DNA from: Eledone cirrhosa
Lineage: Eukaryota
Assembly: GCA_964016885.1 (NCBI GenBank)
Contig: OZ024745.1
Location: 55,056,001-55,120,000, forward strand
Reading direction: 5' to 3'
Length of the DNA: 64,000 nucleotides
In this document: piece after piece, positions 1 through 14,977 of the stretch
How positions within the stretch are numbered: the first letter of the stretch is position 1
Layout: the number at the start of each line of letters is the position of its first letter
Notes under the pieces: generated by a model
What the model was told of the DNA's origin: nothing
What the model saw: the letters and a program-made list of their open reading frames with translations, nothing else
Database searches by the model: none
Position numbers and translations under genes: made by a program

Positions 1-454
1 TTGGTAAGTTATATTGTTAATTTATATATGATTTTTTTTTATTTATATTAACTATTTTTTTTAGTTCGTTATAGCATGCTTATAATATTGGTTGTATCAT
101 ATTTACTTATATATGTGTCCATATTATTGTTCGTTTTATGTTAGATTATTTTATTATTATTATGTTAGATTATTTTTTTATTATTATATTAGACTATTTG
201 AATGTAATATTTTATTTTTATTAATTCAACTATAACAATTATTATGTAAGATATATTTATTTATTATTGATTGTTTTTTGTAGTTGTTTATATTAAAAGT
301 CAGAAAATATTTTTATACATCTGACAATATTATTTATAAGATCGTTTATAAAATAACAATTATATAATATAATTACATTACAACGATAATTTATTATTAA
401 TATATATCATGTTTAACTAGAGTTATTACAAGCGTTACCTTAAAAAATATTAAA

Positions 455-898
455 CTAGATCTGACAAATGCACAAGCTCAAAAGAGCCACAAAATGTTAT
501 AATAAACCTTCAAAAGTGTGGGACTAGAATTGTTGCTCAAAAATATTGTAATCATTATCTATCGTACACACTGTGGCATCCTTTTATAAAAAAGAGACTC
601 ATAACGAATTCAAGACGACACGATAATTATTTAATTGAATTTATAATATAGAATTCGGTTTAAGTGCATTTCGTATTACTCATTAATAAACATCTACTAT
701 GATATATTGAACATTAGCTTAAATAATTATCGGGTCGTGTTGAGTTCATTATGAGTCTCTTTTTTTATAAAAGGATGCCACAGAGTATACGATAGATAAT
801 GATTACAATATTTTTGAGCAACAACTATAGTCCCACACTTTTGAAGGTTTATTATAACATTTTGTGGCTCTTTTGAGCTTGCGCATTTTTCAGGTCTA

Positions 899-900
<2 letters not shown>
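455..900. repeat. Foldback inverted repeat (arms ~455-632 and ~721-900, ~88-bp spacer) abutting (TA)n
   Basis: ACTAGATCTGACAAATGCACAAGCTC...GATAATTATTT is the reverse complement, with scattered mismatches, of AAATAATTATC...TCAGGTCTAGT. Confidence 0.92.
658..691 (-). ncRNA. Decayed minimal type I hammerhead motif in the foldback spacer
   Basis: Minus strand GTTTA-TTAATGA-GTA A TAC-GAAA-TGCA-CT-TAAAC: stems I, II and palindromic III are in place, but the core differs from CTGATGA at two positions and the UH site is mutated. Confidence 0.45.
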
Positions 901-956
<56 letters not shown>

Positions 957-1269
957 TGTTGGGTCCCTTCCTGTCCTGAAGAGACTGACGAGAACAGCAT
1001 CCTTCCAGTCTTACGGTCTGCATTCTTCAACTACACCAGTTGCCATATGTTATGTAACATATCGTTTATGTTAGGACCAGCATCTTACCATGTTAGGTGC
1101 TATGCCTATGTTTGTTTGTTTCACTGCAGATTCAACCTCGTCCATAGTCGGAGGGTCATCGTGGTTGTAAATGATTTGAGATATCATGCGGAGGCTCTCT
1201 CGGGAGTAGCGCAAGAGGAATTCTTAGAATCAATCTTATTACGAGTCGCATTTTATACTCGACCTTTCA

Positions 1270-1465
1270 ATAATAGGGATTATTCTGAGTCAGATTTCTC
1301 TAGCCGACGGTCCTCGGGTATTCGTGTTTCAGGTGGAGCAACAATATCCAGCTGATACCTGTGGAACACTTTACAGATAAGAGCAATTCGACGTTCAGAA
1401 AGATTTGAACCTTGTACATGCGATAGCGTGCACACGCTCGAGGACACAAATTTCAAAGGTGTCAT
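1270..1465 (-). pseudogene. Degenerate RTE-type LINE fragment, N-terminus of the AP endonuclease
   Basis: ORF 1280-1465 (SVCTL...SERRIALICKVFHRYQLDIVAPPETRI) resembles the RTE APE pattern NVRTL...ERRTAL...RY.IDIAALSETR. Confidence 0.65.
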
Positions 1466-2369
1466 GAAAGATATATTCGCTTCAGCGTTTGTCTTATTGT
1501 TACTTCATTTTCATTACAAGTGTTTTATGTATACATGAACAACCACCAACAACAAGTTGCTGACCCTTTCAGGTCCCTCTTGGATAGCAGGAGAGCAGTT
1601 CTATGACTGGAAAGAACTGCTCAGTCTCTCGAAATTCAAGTGAGTCGTACCATTGCCTACCTATTTGTTTGGAGATAAAACGACCAATATCCCAGTTCGC
1701 CTGCCTGTAGGTTTGCTACACCATAATCCAACATTGTTTAGCCTGTACACACGATAGCGCTCACGAACGCTGCACGTATTTTGAATGTGACTTAATTTTT
1801 TATTCGGTCAAGGTTTAAGAACATCATATGCGTGAATATAGTGGACGTGGCTTGCATTGAACCACGCCCCACTTTCAAATAATACACGTAGGAAAATCCG
1901 ATCGCACAACATACATTTGGACGACCAGCATCTGATCATGTTTAGGTCCTCTATCAGGGTTTCACACTTCGAGTAAACGTTCGTATGGCTGTTGAACCTT
2001 CTGCACTTTAGTGGATTTCTATTTTTCCTTCCGCAGGTTGTCTAAAGTATCCTCCTCCTGAGCAAGCTACCATAGTGGGGTTGGCAGTTTAATCACTGAC
2101 GACAGGACGATGCGACAGGCTCCACTAGGCTACATGTTAACAGTAGCACTCGCGAGCGACTTGGGATACATACAGAGATAGAAACATAATATATATATAT
2201 ATATGAAAATGTATAAATGATTTAGAATAATGAAATCGGAAACATAATTTCCTGAGAAAATGTCAACCTTTGGATAAATAAATGATGTGATTTACATATT
2301 CTCTGATTTTGCATTCCTCCATCATTCCCTATATATGTTATTAGCTTGATATTACTAAATACTCCTAGA

Positions 2370-5300
2370 TCAAGAGATTCCTCGGACCAACGGCTTATTG
2401 TGTGTATAGTCTTTGGCAATTCTCATGCTGCAGGACATGTGATTCTGAGAGAGAGGAAAGGGAAAGGCCAGAGAGGCATATGGAAAGAGATGGAATCAGA
2501 GGAATAATGAATTCCGGTACTTGACTGGTACTCCATTTGAAAACAATCAGACGTTTGAAATGTAAAGGCTACGTTGCCATGATTTGAATACAGACGGCAA
2601 CAATGTAGATTTACCGCAATACGATTCGCTGAAATTCGGGTATCCTTAGTCTTATAAGTACGCATACATTAAGATATTTATGTAAACTGTATTCATGTAT
2701 ACATGCTTACGTATAATACACACACACTCTCTCTCTCTATCTTTCTTTCATCGTCACTATTTTTAGATATATATAACAACCACACACATATACGCATATA
2801 TGCATATATACATGTGTGTGTATTTGTGCGTCTGTGATTGTGTGTAAAGGGAAATAAATCATGCTACGGGCATTTGTATGGATTAATATTTATTCGATAA
2901 AATAGGAATTATCATAGTAGAGAGATAAAATTTCAACGTTTACATCTTACGGATACTGCTCTCATTCTCTTTTAATCGAATGTTACTAAGAAAGTGACCT
3001 TCATGTTTTACATAATGTTATTAAAGGACTGGTATGTTACTGCCCTTTACACTTTACACTTTCTACAGTCTATTTTCCGTTTCTCTTCTTTCGTTTTAAG
3101 TTTTAACCTTTTAGTTATTTACAGAATTTAGTAGGATTAATGCTGTTACTATTGTATACTGAAGCCTACAAATGTCAGCTTTTTCTTCGGGGAATTTATC
3201 TTTGGAAAGGCATATTTTGAAAAAATGCATAGGTAGTTTTGTAATTATATTGTGCTGTAACTGATCAACATTTTTCTCGACTGAATCATATAATGTCTCT
3301 GCTGACATTGCGAGTGGTTGCCATTCGTTAGTCATTTATTTAACAATGTGTTAAGGATTTCTATTACATATTCTTCATGTTATATCCATGGTAATATAAT
3401 AGAGAATATCAAAACAAAAGAAATTTCTGCATTTAAACTGATTGCAGTATTTAGAAAAGATCCATTATTATCATGCCTTACATGTGGAAATGCTTTCATA
3501 AATGTAGATCATAAATGTACTTGATAGACCATTATTTTGATCGATCGCTTTGAAATCAATAACAGTTAGAGACTGACTCCCAGCTTAGTAATTATTATTC
3601 ATAAAAGAGGAAATAAGATTAAAAGCTAAGGAAGCCTAGAAAAGCGTCGGTCTTTCAAGAAAATGAAAAAGAAATACATGTTACTACAGGAATAGAATTA
3701 GAAGTATTTGTGGCATACAAACATGGTTGTATTGTCATTAGCAGCCTCAGAGAAGTTATCTATGCAGCACAGAATATCAAAATGAAATGTGAATGGGCAT
3801 TCTATATATAATACCTGCTACAAAAATAATTGCATATTTTAGATCAAACTTGTAGCGGATCTGATTCTATTAAAATTTATTGATAATTGCACACGCCATT
3901 TCGTACTTGATTAATACAGAATTACAGTCACCGAAATATAACCTCTCAGAGGACATGTTTTGATTTTTCTCAACATTGAGAAATAAGGTATCCGCCTTTT
4001 ATTCGGATGCGGAAATCTATCCAAACTCTTGCAAACATGTGACGGTAATGGAAACATTTGAAACGGTAATGAATGTGCCATGTAAAAATGATCAAGTCCG
4101 AAGAACGTTTACAAAATCGAAAGCGCCCAGTATCCAAATACTGACATATACTAACCCAGCGGCTACTGACTCGAATAATTCTATGGTCGAGCCTGTGACA
4201 GTAGAAACCTACAGTATTCTTGGCCCCATACCTCATACGCACAGCGATCGTGTACGTGCTGGCTATTCCTTCGTGCGAGCCCCGTGAGATATAGTCTCTG
4301 TTCAAACCCATGATCTTCACCACTCACCGGGTAAATGTTTTCTACATCCTCTCTACCAGGGCCACAATACGTATTTCCCTTCGAACAGTGGGTGGTAAAC
4401 GCAGATAACGCACACATGGAGTAGACTTTCCTCTTTCGTCTAACGGAAATAAGATCGAACAAATAATACAAATGAATTCTAATTAAAAGAAAGTACTTTC
4501 TTGTTGGGCTTTACGTATTCTGACCATAATTCTGATTTTAATTCAAACTTCAACTTTCATTTTCTATTTCCACTAAACACACACATGCGGACCCCCCCCC
4601 CCCCCCACACACACACACACGACGCTATCTACACCCCAAAAGGAAATTTATACCATTTTAAACAAGTTTTATCTCGTTTTATTGGATGTAATTCCTTTCA
4701 ACTCACAGCTCAACCTTCAAGTCACAAGTCTATCCTTCTCACACCAGCTCTATTTAGTCATATCACACTTACGCAAGTCTGGCCTAAACGGCGGGCAAAG
4801 GCAACGGTTACACAACCAAATAGATTTATACATATTTATATATATATTAATTTCTTACACTTTATATAATTCTATTTTTAATGGTATGACTTTAAATTTT
4901 TATCTGCATGTTTTCACTTCTCTATTATCTCACGTTCGTTTGTATACCCCCTTTTGTCTGTGTTTCCCGAACTCTATTGCTAGCATTATTTTACTTTGCT
5001 GTATTGTAAATTTCATTTCGACGTGCTCTTGACTTCCAACTTACTCTAGGTCATCTTCATTGCAGTCAGGGGCAAACGTACATAATAAATCTAACTAATT
5101 TACATCATCACATCCAGACCTGATTGAATTCTTATATGTCTTAAACAAAATAAATAAAAATCTTCTGATTCTGACTATCACTGCATTTGATGAGTAAATA
5201 GAACCTTGATACGAAGGTGATGGTAATCGATAACTGCTCGGTCATGGTCAGATGTAAAAACGCGTGTTATATACGATTACGTATACAGTAAAGTAAACTG

Positions 5301-5378
5301 AAACTGACCTCCATTATCAATATAAGCAATCAGCATATTGCACCAACAACAAACAGATGTTGGTCTTAATACACACTT
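2370..5378 (-). CDS. Tentative spliced Cys-rich ORF (candidate exons 5378-5309, 5090-5045, 4439-4328, 2444-2370), product unknown
   Basis: GT-AG boundaries (donors GTCAGT, GTAAGT, GTGAGT) with compatible phases give an open frame. One acceptor is weak and no homology is recognised. Confidence 0.22.
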
Positions 5379-8300
5379 CTAAATAATCAATTTAGATAAA
5401 ATCATAGCGTACTTACAAAGGTGCCACCTGGAGTAGTATGTTGAACTCACACACTTGATATATTTTAAAACATTTAAATACCCACACGAACACGCATCCA
5501 CGCGTATACACGAATCTTTACTGAATTGATGATTTACAAATAAAAGTGTCAGCAAAATAGTGCTTTATTATTTTCTAATATATCCTAAGAGTCTTCTAAG
5601 AAACATCGTATGGGAATTTATGAATAAAATTGATTAGTTATAAACAGTTTAAAACACGAAATAGGAATGAAAATTCTGTTGCAAGGCCATTTCATTTATA
5701 ACTTAAACCTGTCATACTATTGTTGATAAATCATTGTATCTCTAAACGTTGACGTTAACCTATTTTATTTCTCAGCAAATAGAACACTCATTTTATTGAA
5801 AAGTACGTAGAGAATATATGTTATTTATTGAGAAGTTTCTTTTCTATTTTCTAGTCTAATCTCTTCATTAAATATATAGAAATACGTGAATGAAAACATT
5901 TTTAAAAAATGCCTACTCAATGTATTATATCTCCCCTATTGATATATTTACTAACATATATTTTATGTATTTTATATACAGTTTGAATCATCAAATCTTT
6001 CATCTTTTCTATTTAAAAAGAATAAAATCGCTAATTGCTATATAAAAGTGCGTATCAAATATTTTACCATGAATTTGAAAAACACACTATTTCGTTTAGA
6101 TGCAAATTAATATTCTGATAGTCTTGCTTTGTTAAAGGTGAATGTGTGAAACAAACTGAATGCATTAAAAAGTATATATATATTTGGAAAATTATGAGTT
6201 TTTAAACATAAGCTCAAAACAATGCATTTAGTGGTTAACACATGATTACAGGGACTTTACAACATTATCAATTTTCAGGCTATTGTATGTCACTGATTCG
6301 GCATAGATTCAGGAATGAAAGTAAGTAAATAAAATCTGCGAATTGATTTAAAATTCACTTCATATATTTTATATTTGAAAAGAAAAGAATAAAAGCACAT
6401 GCATATTAATCAAGAATATATAGGAAGGTTTTTGCCTTTTTATATTAGCTACAATATCTCTGTATGTTATTTACCTTACCGTCGATTACTTGGCTCTGCA
6501 AATATAATTAAATCAACTGTGACTTTATTGTCCAATATAATGCATTTTTACAGCAATTGGTGAATGCATCAGAAATTGTATTGAATTTACAGTGAACATA
6601 TACATCGCAACAACGCTTGGCCAAAGAATACTAAGAAAGTAATGTTGTTGAGTATTTATATACAGTATATAATTAATTGTCATGTCTACGAAATACTCTC
6701 CTAGGAACAGTAGCCAAACCACATCATATCGAATTTAACTGCTTTCAAAACGAATGCATTCTCTGATTTAAACATACATGATGTTCCTTGCAGGAAAAGA
6801 ATTATTCATACAGAGAAGGTGTTCCCTAAACAAATAAATCAGGAACAAGAACAAGTGACGCAAGACCAAACATCAACAAGATCGCTTTCGGGCGAAAACT
6901 TGATTGCCCCTATGTTAGTCTTAAATACAAATCGAATTAAGGGTCCTGAGTAATCATGTTTTTCAAGATGAGATGGTGAGCAGCTAAAGATATAGAGTGA
7001 CATGAACACCGTATAAATAAAATAGTAATCTATATTATGAAAAAAGTATTGTAGAATAGTTATTTTAATAGGAATGAAAATAAATGAATATAAGATAATT
7101 ATTTTGATAAAATTGAAACCTACGCAAACTATGCACGAGTGTGATGTGTTAATACACATTCCTACCGTGCAACACAGTGCCTAATTGAATTAATAGTAGT
7201 GGGCATGTTTTGCTGTTAGTATTATGCAGTACATCCACACATCAGAAACAATCATTGATTTCTATGATTAATATTATAAGAGGTTTCTAATGCGTTGTCA
7301 AAAATTTCAATCAAGAATCCTGAGGATAATTTTTGCAATTACTTCCTAGGATAAATAATTAACATCACTGTCACTGAAAAAATGTAAACGAAAAACTAAA
7401 TGAAATTACTTTAATGTATCTTAATCCATAGTGACATAACCCGTCGTTCAAAGCTCTCAAATGTTTACAATCCAAGCGTATTGGCTGCTTGAATACACCT
7501 TTAATTAAACTGAAGATGAAAATAAAATTAAAAAGGTAGTCACATAATTATTCGTGGTAACACAACTTGTGTTTTCTTTAAAATCTTCTCTTCAAATAAA
7601 AAAAACAAGTATCAGAACAAAACGTTAACATAAAAACAATGAGCAAAAAGAAAAAAAAAAATAAGCAATGCATTATTAGGATTTAAGGTGTGTATGATGT
7701 AAACGTTTACAAAATTTTGGCATTATTAGTTTTACGGATAATAGTTGATGAGCGAAGTAATTTATCAATGTAGGGTATTAACTTTGCACTGTTAATGACT
7801 TTTGGTTTAAAACTGATCACGTTGTTAAAAAAATATTTATGTGACATTCATTAATTTTCTCGGTGTGATAATAGGGTCAATAATTAGAATTGATTGACAC
7901 AAATTTATCTTAAGTGTTTTATTTTGATACGATTTTTAATAATGGAATTGATAAACATGTTCTTTCTTTAAAAAAAAGAAACGTTTTAACATCTATCGTA
8001 GATTTGTGTGCGATGCAGTGCGCTTTCGATATGAGTATAGGTACATTGTCAGTGCTAGAATGCCTTCGATTATGTATCTGTACGGTCAAAACTGATTTGG
8101 TCCAAAGGATAATAATAAAATAATATATTAATCTATAAAATAATCTGACTACTCCTTCGAGTCTATTTTTAAGTCTTGGGTTCACTCATCTCATTAAATT
8201 GTTGAATATCTACAATACAATTTACAGTTTCATGAAATAAGATATCTGTAATGAATTATATGTTTAAATATATTGGATGCTACGGTTCCCACAAATTACG

Positions 8301-9149
8301 AGGGCAACTGTTTTACACAGAATATCATTAATTATTAACTTTATAAAATTTGCCAGGTTTCATTGAAATAACATTCGTGTATGTATAATTTGAAGGTGGT
8401 AGAATATTTAGGATGCCGGAATATATGTCATCAGTATAAGATATATCAATTTATAATGCAATTAAAATGATTTACATGGATATCCACAAATCGTTTAAGG
8501 TCTACAACATAAAGTATCAAACACGTAATAGGATCGATTAATATCGCGTTCAGAAAGTCCATGATTCTGTATATTGATGAATGAGTTTTATTCTCAAAAT
8601 CTGTAAATGCCACATGATTTTGAGACAAAGGTTTCAATAATATATATTTTTCATTGCAGTATCTCTTTGTATAATCTAATACACATATATTTAAGTATTG
8701 CTGCCGTTGTTATGAAAGGAAAATCTCAAATACGGTATGACAACTACCAGGTCATCTATATGCCACAATGAGTTTCGATTTCGCATTGATAAATGCACCG
8801 AAGGCAACGCGTCAACACATGCTTCAGTCTTTCTCCGAATATAATCTTTTGATCTTGAAGGTTGACAGAGATTTAGTCTACTGGCGGTAAATGTTTTGTC
8901 TGTCTCCTACATTTCCCACTACCTTCATTGCATAGTTGAACTTATCAAGAGAAAGGCTCCTGTGAGTATAACAGTCCGGATCAAAGCTTCACACATAACA
9001 CTTCACCTCAACAACTGTAAATGTATTAACTATTTGGAAACCAATACGTCGACACAGATGATCAAATCTCTTCCTTGTATGCTCAAATTGTATGGTATAA
9101 AATCAATAAATTTACAATACACTCGGAACATTCTGTAATCATATAAATG

Positions 9150-9320
<171 letters not shown>

Positions 9321-10440
9321 AAAGATACAGACAAAAGGAGACACATGTATACGCGCACGCATATATACATATTGCATGGCAGGACCCGTGAGTTAACGGA
9401 GCGGAAAAAAAACTTCTACGAAGTCAGAAGAAATATGTGTGTGTGTGTGTGTGTGTGAGAGAGTGTTTGTGTGTGAGTGTGTGAGTGTGTGCCTGTAATA
9501 GTTATAGAATGTTATGCTGTGCTTCACACCGTGACGACTGTCTTCGTATTGTAATATGTCAGCGATTATACCCATAAGAGTGAGCTGGATGCCGTAGGGT
9601 TTAACAGAGGTTGATCTACTATGTGTGTTTTTTAGTACAAACGTGACTGAGACCAGAGGTAAGCATGCTCAAAACATACATATGCATTCACATAGACACA
9701 AACACAACATGTCGGAGGGCATGCCTATCAGTCATAGATTTCTTGTGATTAATTTATATGTCATGAATGTGGTTCAAAGAGCCTTACGAGGTACAGCACG
9801 TCAGTATATACGGTGAAAGAACTCTACAGCTGCCAACGATAGAGGCTAAGTCCTTCTCGGCTCTTGGACTCTCGCAAAAACAACGTCACCCGCATGTAGC
9901 ACAAATAACAAACATAAACAACAGCGGACACACATGTATTGTGTATCATGGTATTCGGCAACAACATGCGTGTCCCTAGACAAATACGTATAGCAAACGC
10001 CCACAACTGTAAGCTGAAATGCGCATGGAAACACGTATTTTCCTACATGCACGTCCATACAGATATATTCAGCATGATGAGCATTTATTCAATGACTACC
10101 ACTTCACCTTTTGTCCGAATATGAGCCATGGATTTCATATTTGTCACAGATTATGGAATATGTCTTGCTACAGCCTATTATAACGGATATATGATGATCT
10201 CAGCCACCTGTGTCTTTTATATCAACCATTTACAAACATTGGAAGTGACGATTTTGTGGAATGTTGCTCCTATTTGGAGTATACATACGTAAGAATAACA
10301 ATTAGTGAAGAGAAATGCACAGCATTTAACAGAGCAAAAAATATGTCGTACAAATATATAGATAATATGGAAGATGCACACACACTTGCAAACACTTTCC
10401 TCACACACACTGTCAGACTGACCACCACTTTCACAATATA

Positions 10441-10848
10441 CGAAGGAAATCCCAAAAGTAAGGTATCCGTCCGATATTGCAACTTCCGATATTGTAACTT
10501 TTCCGTTAAAATCCAGTGGATGGTGCTTCGGGAAACCTCAGGAAATAAAATGCAGAGAGCATCCAGAGTGGTCCGCCGATCTTTACGCATGTCTTCCGCG
10601 GAAAGAGACCTTACTTTTGGGATTGCCCTCTATATAATAACAGCGCGAAATTCGCACTTGGCGATAGAGTTAAACGGGAGCTCCATTCTCAACGGCTGCC
10701 AAGCCAAGATTGAGCATCCCAACAAAGCGAGGGCATGCTTGTTTGAGAGTGAAGGAATCACCAATCACAACAGTGTTGCCAACAACCGTACGAACAGTTT
10801 CTCTGCGTCCCCATCGCTTTGGAGACCTTACTTTTGGGATTACCTTCG
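10441..10848 (-). mobile_element. Internally deleted and rearranged mariner (Tc1/mariner) element
   Basis: TIRs CGAAGGAAATCCCAAAAGTAAGGT / ACCTTACTTTTGGGATTACCTTCG flanked by TA. Transposase HTH remnant [34 protein letters not shown] on minus. Third TIR copy at ~10605-10632. Confidence 0.85.
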
Positions 10849-10894
10849 TATATACATATGTGTGTGTATGTGTAGTGGGGTGCTTATGCATGTG

Positions 10895-11270
<376 letters not shown>

Positions 11271-11307
11271 TAGAAGGATTTAAATGGATACAGTTCAGAA
11301 AAGGAAT

Positions 11308-11428
11308 TTATTGACACGTATTTCAATAACAGTTATATAACCTGAAAACAGTTGCTATCTACAAAGTATTAATTATGCAGACACTCAATATTTCAATGTT
11401 ATTTTCAACTACCATTTCATCAGAATAA
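11308..11428 (-). ncRNA. Type I hammerhead ribozyme with long stem II (pLTR copy A)
   Basis: Minus strand TTATT-CTGATGA-AATGGTAGTT...AACTGTTATT-GAAA-TACGTG-TC-AATAA. Confidence 0.72.
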
Positions 11429-11883
11429 TATCATTGAGAACTTGTTTGGTTTTTATAGAGAATATTAAGATGGAGGAGTGAAGTTGTTAGAAGAATAGTT
11501 AAGCGAGTGGATAGAAATTGTTGATAGCAGTAGGTAATTAGATTCCGATCTGTTATTTTGTTAGTTGTGTTTGACATATTTTAGAATAGAATATTCATTA
11601 TTTGGCGTTAGTTGTATTGGTTATTTTTCTAAATCTATCGAAGGATTAGAGATAGTAAAGATATGCATGGTTGGTTTTTGTGTTTGCACTTAATTCACAT
11701 ACAGACTTAAGTTTTTCTTTCAAGTGAACGTATCCGTTCGCCCACAAATAAATATATGCGTATATATACTTATTTTTTAAAAAAACATACACATTCCCAC
11801 ACATACATATATGTACACCTCTACAAATACATACACTCACATACACATACTTACATGCTCATACCTACATACATATATACCTG

Positions 11884-11939
<56 letters not shown>

Positions 11940-12358
11940 TATACATATATATATGTGCATACATACGCATTCATGTATATACGCTTTCATACTCTACTTA
12001 TCCTCATATACACACATATAGACACACACATATATACATACATACTCTAGTCCATGTGTATCTATAAATATATATATAAATACACATACATTTAATTATA
12101 CACATCAAACATATATATATATATAGACTCACCCACTTATTTACTTATTTGTATACATTTTCACATATATACACACATATGGTCGCTTTTAGACACATTC
12201 ATTATAGCATATTCGTACCTATTCTCACCATCATATTTATCCATTATTAGTGTGATAATTTAAGGTTATTAATAGTACATATATATGTTGAGAAGAGATT
12301 GTTTTTATATTTTTCTAACTAGATTGAGGATTTGTATAGTTGGGAGGATGTCCCTCGT

Positions 12359-14400
12359 TTATGTAATATTCAGCTTGTAGTGGGAAAAAATGGTTTTAGT
12401 TCGGTGACGGCAGAATAATGTTCGTTCAATTCTGTTATTAAGCAATTTCTTCTTGTGTGTGATTATGTAATAAATCTCAAGATTACATAATTTGCAGAAA
12501 TTTTGGCTTCTGGAAAAGCTTTGGGTTTTAGCTAATTTCTCCCATTTTAGGGTAAACTTTTGATCGCTATCCCTGAGTGTCCAAGCTTTTTCTGCTAAAG
12601 TTGTTACATATCTTTGGCTCTTGTGTTTTATTGAGTAAGAATGCCTATATAATCGAGATTTAAACGATGTTGCCGTTGATCCCACGTAATACCACTCGTT
12701 GCCTCCGGATTCAATGGTACACTTATAGATGACATTTTTTCCCGGCAGTTATTGCCGAGGGGGCAATTGTCATGATAGGTGCAGTTACAGTTGTGTACGT
12801 TGGTTTTGTAGTTGGGTGGTTCACTCTGGAGTAGTATTGCGGACGAACTTAGGTGTGGCTTATTTATGTTCTGTAGTGTATTGTCTACTGATTTTCTTGT
12901 GCTCTTTGTACTTAAGTTTTTAGTGTTTTTGTTTAACCTTCTAGTATTAATCTTTTTTATGTGTTGTTCAAGGTTTAACGCTGTAGAGTATGACAGTCTT
13001 ATAGTGTTAGGGTTTAGGATTTTGTGGTATTTGTGTGATGTAGGAAAATGTTTCTTAACTATTTTAAAGAAGAGTACTGGTAAATTTGTACTAATGGAAC
13101 TATTGTATTCAGGGTTATACCATAAGTACTCTTTGCATCGCTTCCTATTAGTTTTGTTTGTTGGTTTATTGGTGTGTACATTATGGTAGTAAGTGTGGTT
13201 TGGTGTTGTGTTATTATTTCTACCTATGTGGGATTTATTTTGGATGTTTTGATTGTTTTCATCTATATATTCTATTTTATTGAGGTAGCCTACTTTAGTA
13301 AGGGCGTTATCGTAGTACTGGGCGTGTTCCTTAAATACTTGTATGTTAGAAGATAGACCCGAGATTCTAAGGGAAATATTCTTAGGGATAGATTTAATTA
13401 TAGAGATGGGGTGGTTAGACCCAACATTCACGTACTTGAGATTTTCATTCAATTTATAAAACGGTTTAATCAGACCAGAGTTTAAATTGAGTGTGACATC
13501 CAGGAAGTTAACTACTTTAAGGTTGTGTTCATATGTTATAGTTAGTCCTATTTCAAGTAGTAGTTTTCTTATATCTTTGCGTAGTTTTTCTAGTTTTTGG
13601 TTATTTAGGTTTTTAACTAGGAGGAGAGCATCGTCACGGTATATTCCACCGTGGAGATTACTGAATGTTTCCTGGAGTCTAAAGGCGATAAATAACAACA
13701 CAATATCAGTTATTTCCGCCGAATCGTTAGAGCCCATTGTTATGTCAAAGTTGGAGGGTCTATCTTTACGAACCCAATAACTGTTCTCAAATTTGACTAT
13801 AGTTTTCCTAGCTTCTAATATAATCTTAATTTCTTCGTTTGTAAGGTCAGAGTTATGCTTAGCAAACTCAATGGCTCTATTCAGAGTTTCAGGTGATATC
13901 GATGAGTAATATTCATCGATATCAAACTGGATAAACTAATATTTATTCTTATTGCTAATGCTATTAAACCATCTTATTGCTTCTTGGGTCTTCCTCCAGA
14001 GTTTAATGTTAACCCTAGCCTTAATTTGGGGGATGATTGACTCTAAGATATATTTGCTTATTTTACCTATATCTGATTTAGAGGGGCAGATTAGTCTAAT
14101 GTTAGTGTCATTATCAAAGTTTACCTTATGGTCCTTAAGATTGACGGTGGGTACCGCCGGTAAGAGTGGTCCTGTCCTATCTTCGATTCCGAGATTGTTC
14201 ACTATTTCGCATGCCTCATCATTGGTGTGCTTAAGGGTTACTTCACTCGTTTTTCTATATTTTTTATGTAATTCTTTTCGAATGAAGTTGTTATATGTAG
14301 TGCAATCCATAGTGTACATGTTAGATTTTTGTCCGCTTTTACTACAATTCCTTTGGTGTTTTTAAGGTCATCCAGTAGTTTTTTAATATCTTTCTGCTGT
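12359..14400 (-). pseudogene. Penelope-like RT + CxC linker + GIY-YIG endonuclease, disrupted by frameshifts and stops
   Basis: Motifs LKDHK, RLICPSKSDIG, MGSNDSAEI, GIYRDD, NFLDVTLNL, YVNVGSNHP, LWYNP, CNC...CPLGNNC, GSTATSFKSR, CKLCNLE, LLN, CRH. Confidence 0.9.
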
Positions 14401-14510
14401 TTGTTGTTGGACAGCTAACGTAGGGTTTGCTCGACGGTTCCAGTTGTAGTTTCAAAAGTAATCCGGAGAAAAAAGAAGGATTTAAATGGATACAGTTCAG
14501 TAAAAGGAAT

Positions 14511-14631
14511 TTATTGACACGTGTTTCAATAACAGTTATATAACCTGAAAAACGCTGCTATCTACAAAGTATTAATTATGCAGACACTCAATATTTCAAT
14601 ATTATTTTCAGCTACCATTTCATCAGAATAA
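14511..14631 (-). ncRNA. Type I hammerhead ribozyme with long stem II (pLTR copy B)
   Basis: Minus strand TTATT-CTGATGA-AATGGTAGCT...AACTGTTATT-GAAA-CACGTG-TC-AATAA. Confidence 0.75.
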
Positions 14632-14944
14632 TATCATTGAGAACTTGTTTGGTTTTTATAGAGAATATTAAGAGGGAGGAGTCAAGTTGTTAGAAGAATA
14701 GTTAAGCGAGTGGATAGAAATTGTTGATAGCAGTGGGTAATTAGATTCCGATCTGTTATTTTGTTAGCTGTGTTTGACATTTTTTAGAATAGAATATTCA
14801 TTATTTGGCGTTAGTTGTATTGGTTATTTTTCTAAATCTATCGAAGGATTAGAGATAGTAAATATATGCATGGTTGGTTTTTGTGTTTGCACTTGATTCA
14901 CATACATACTTAAATTTTTCTTTCAAGTGTACGTATATGTGTAT

Positions 14945-14977
<33 letters not shown>

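Noticed and set aside
1573-2091. Plus-strand exon-like segments (1573-1639 and an acceptor near 2036)
   Set aside because: Good splice-like signals, but joining gives an early stop and no recognisable product.
3111-3335. 74-aa minus-strand ORF as a host exon
   Set aside because: At best a faint LINE-like remnant; no convincing splice sites or motifs.
12729-14365. Plus-strand ORFs over the Penelope elements (also 54093-55844)
   Set aside because: Antisense shadows of the RT frame; the last one also runs across the inversion junction.
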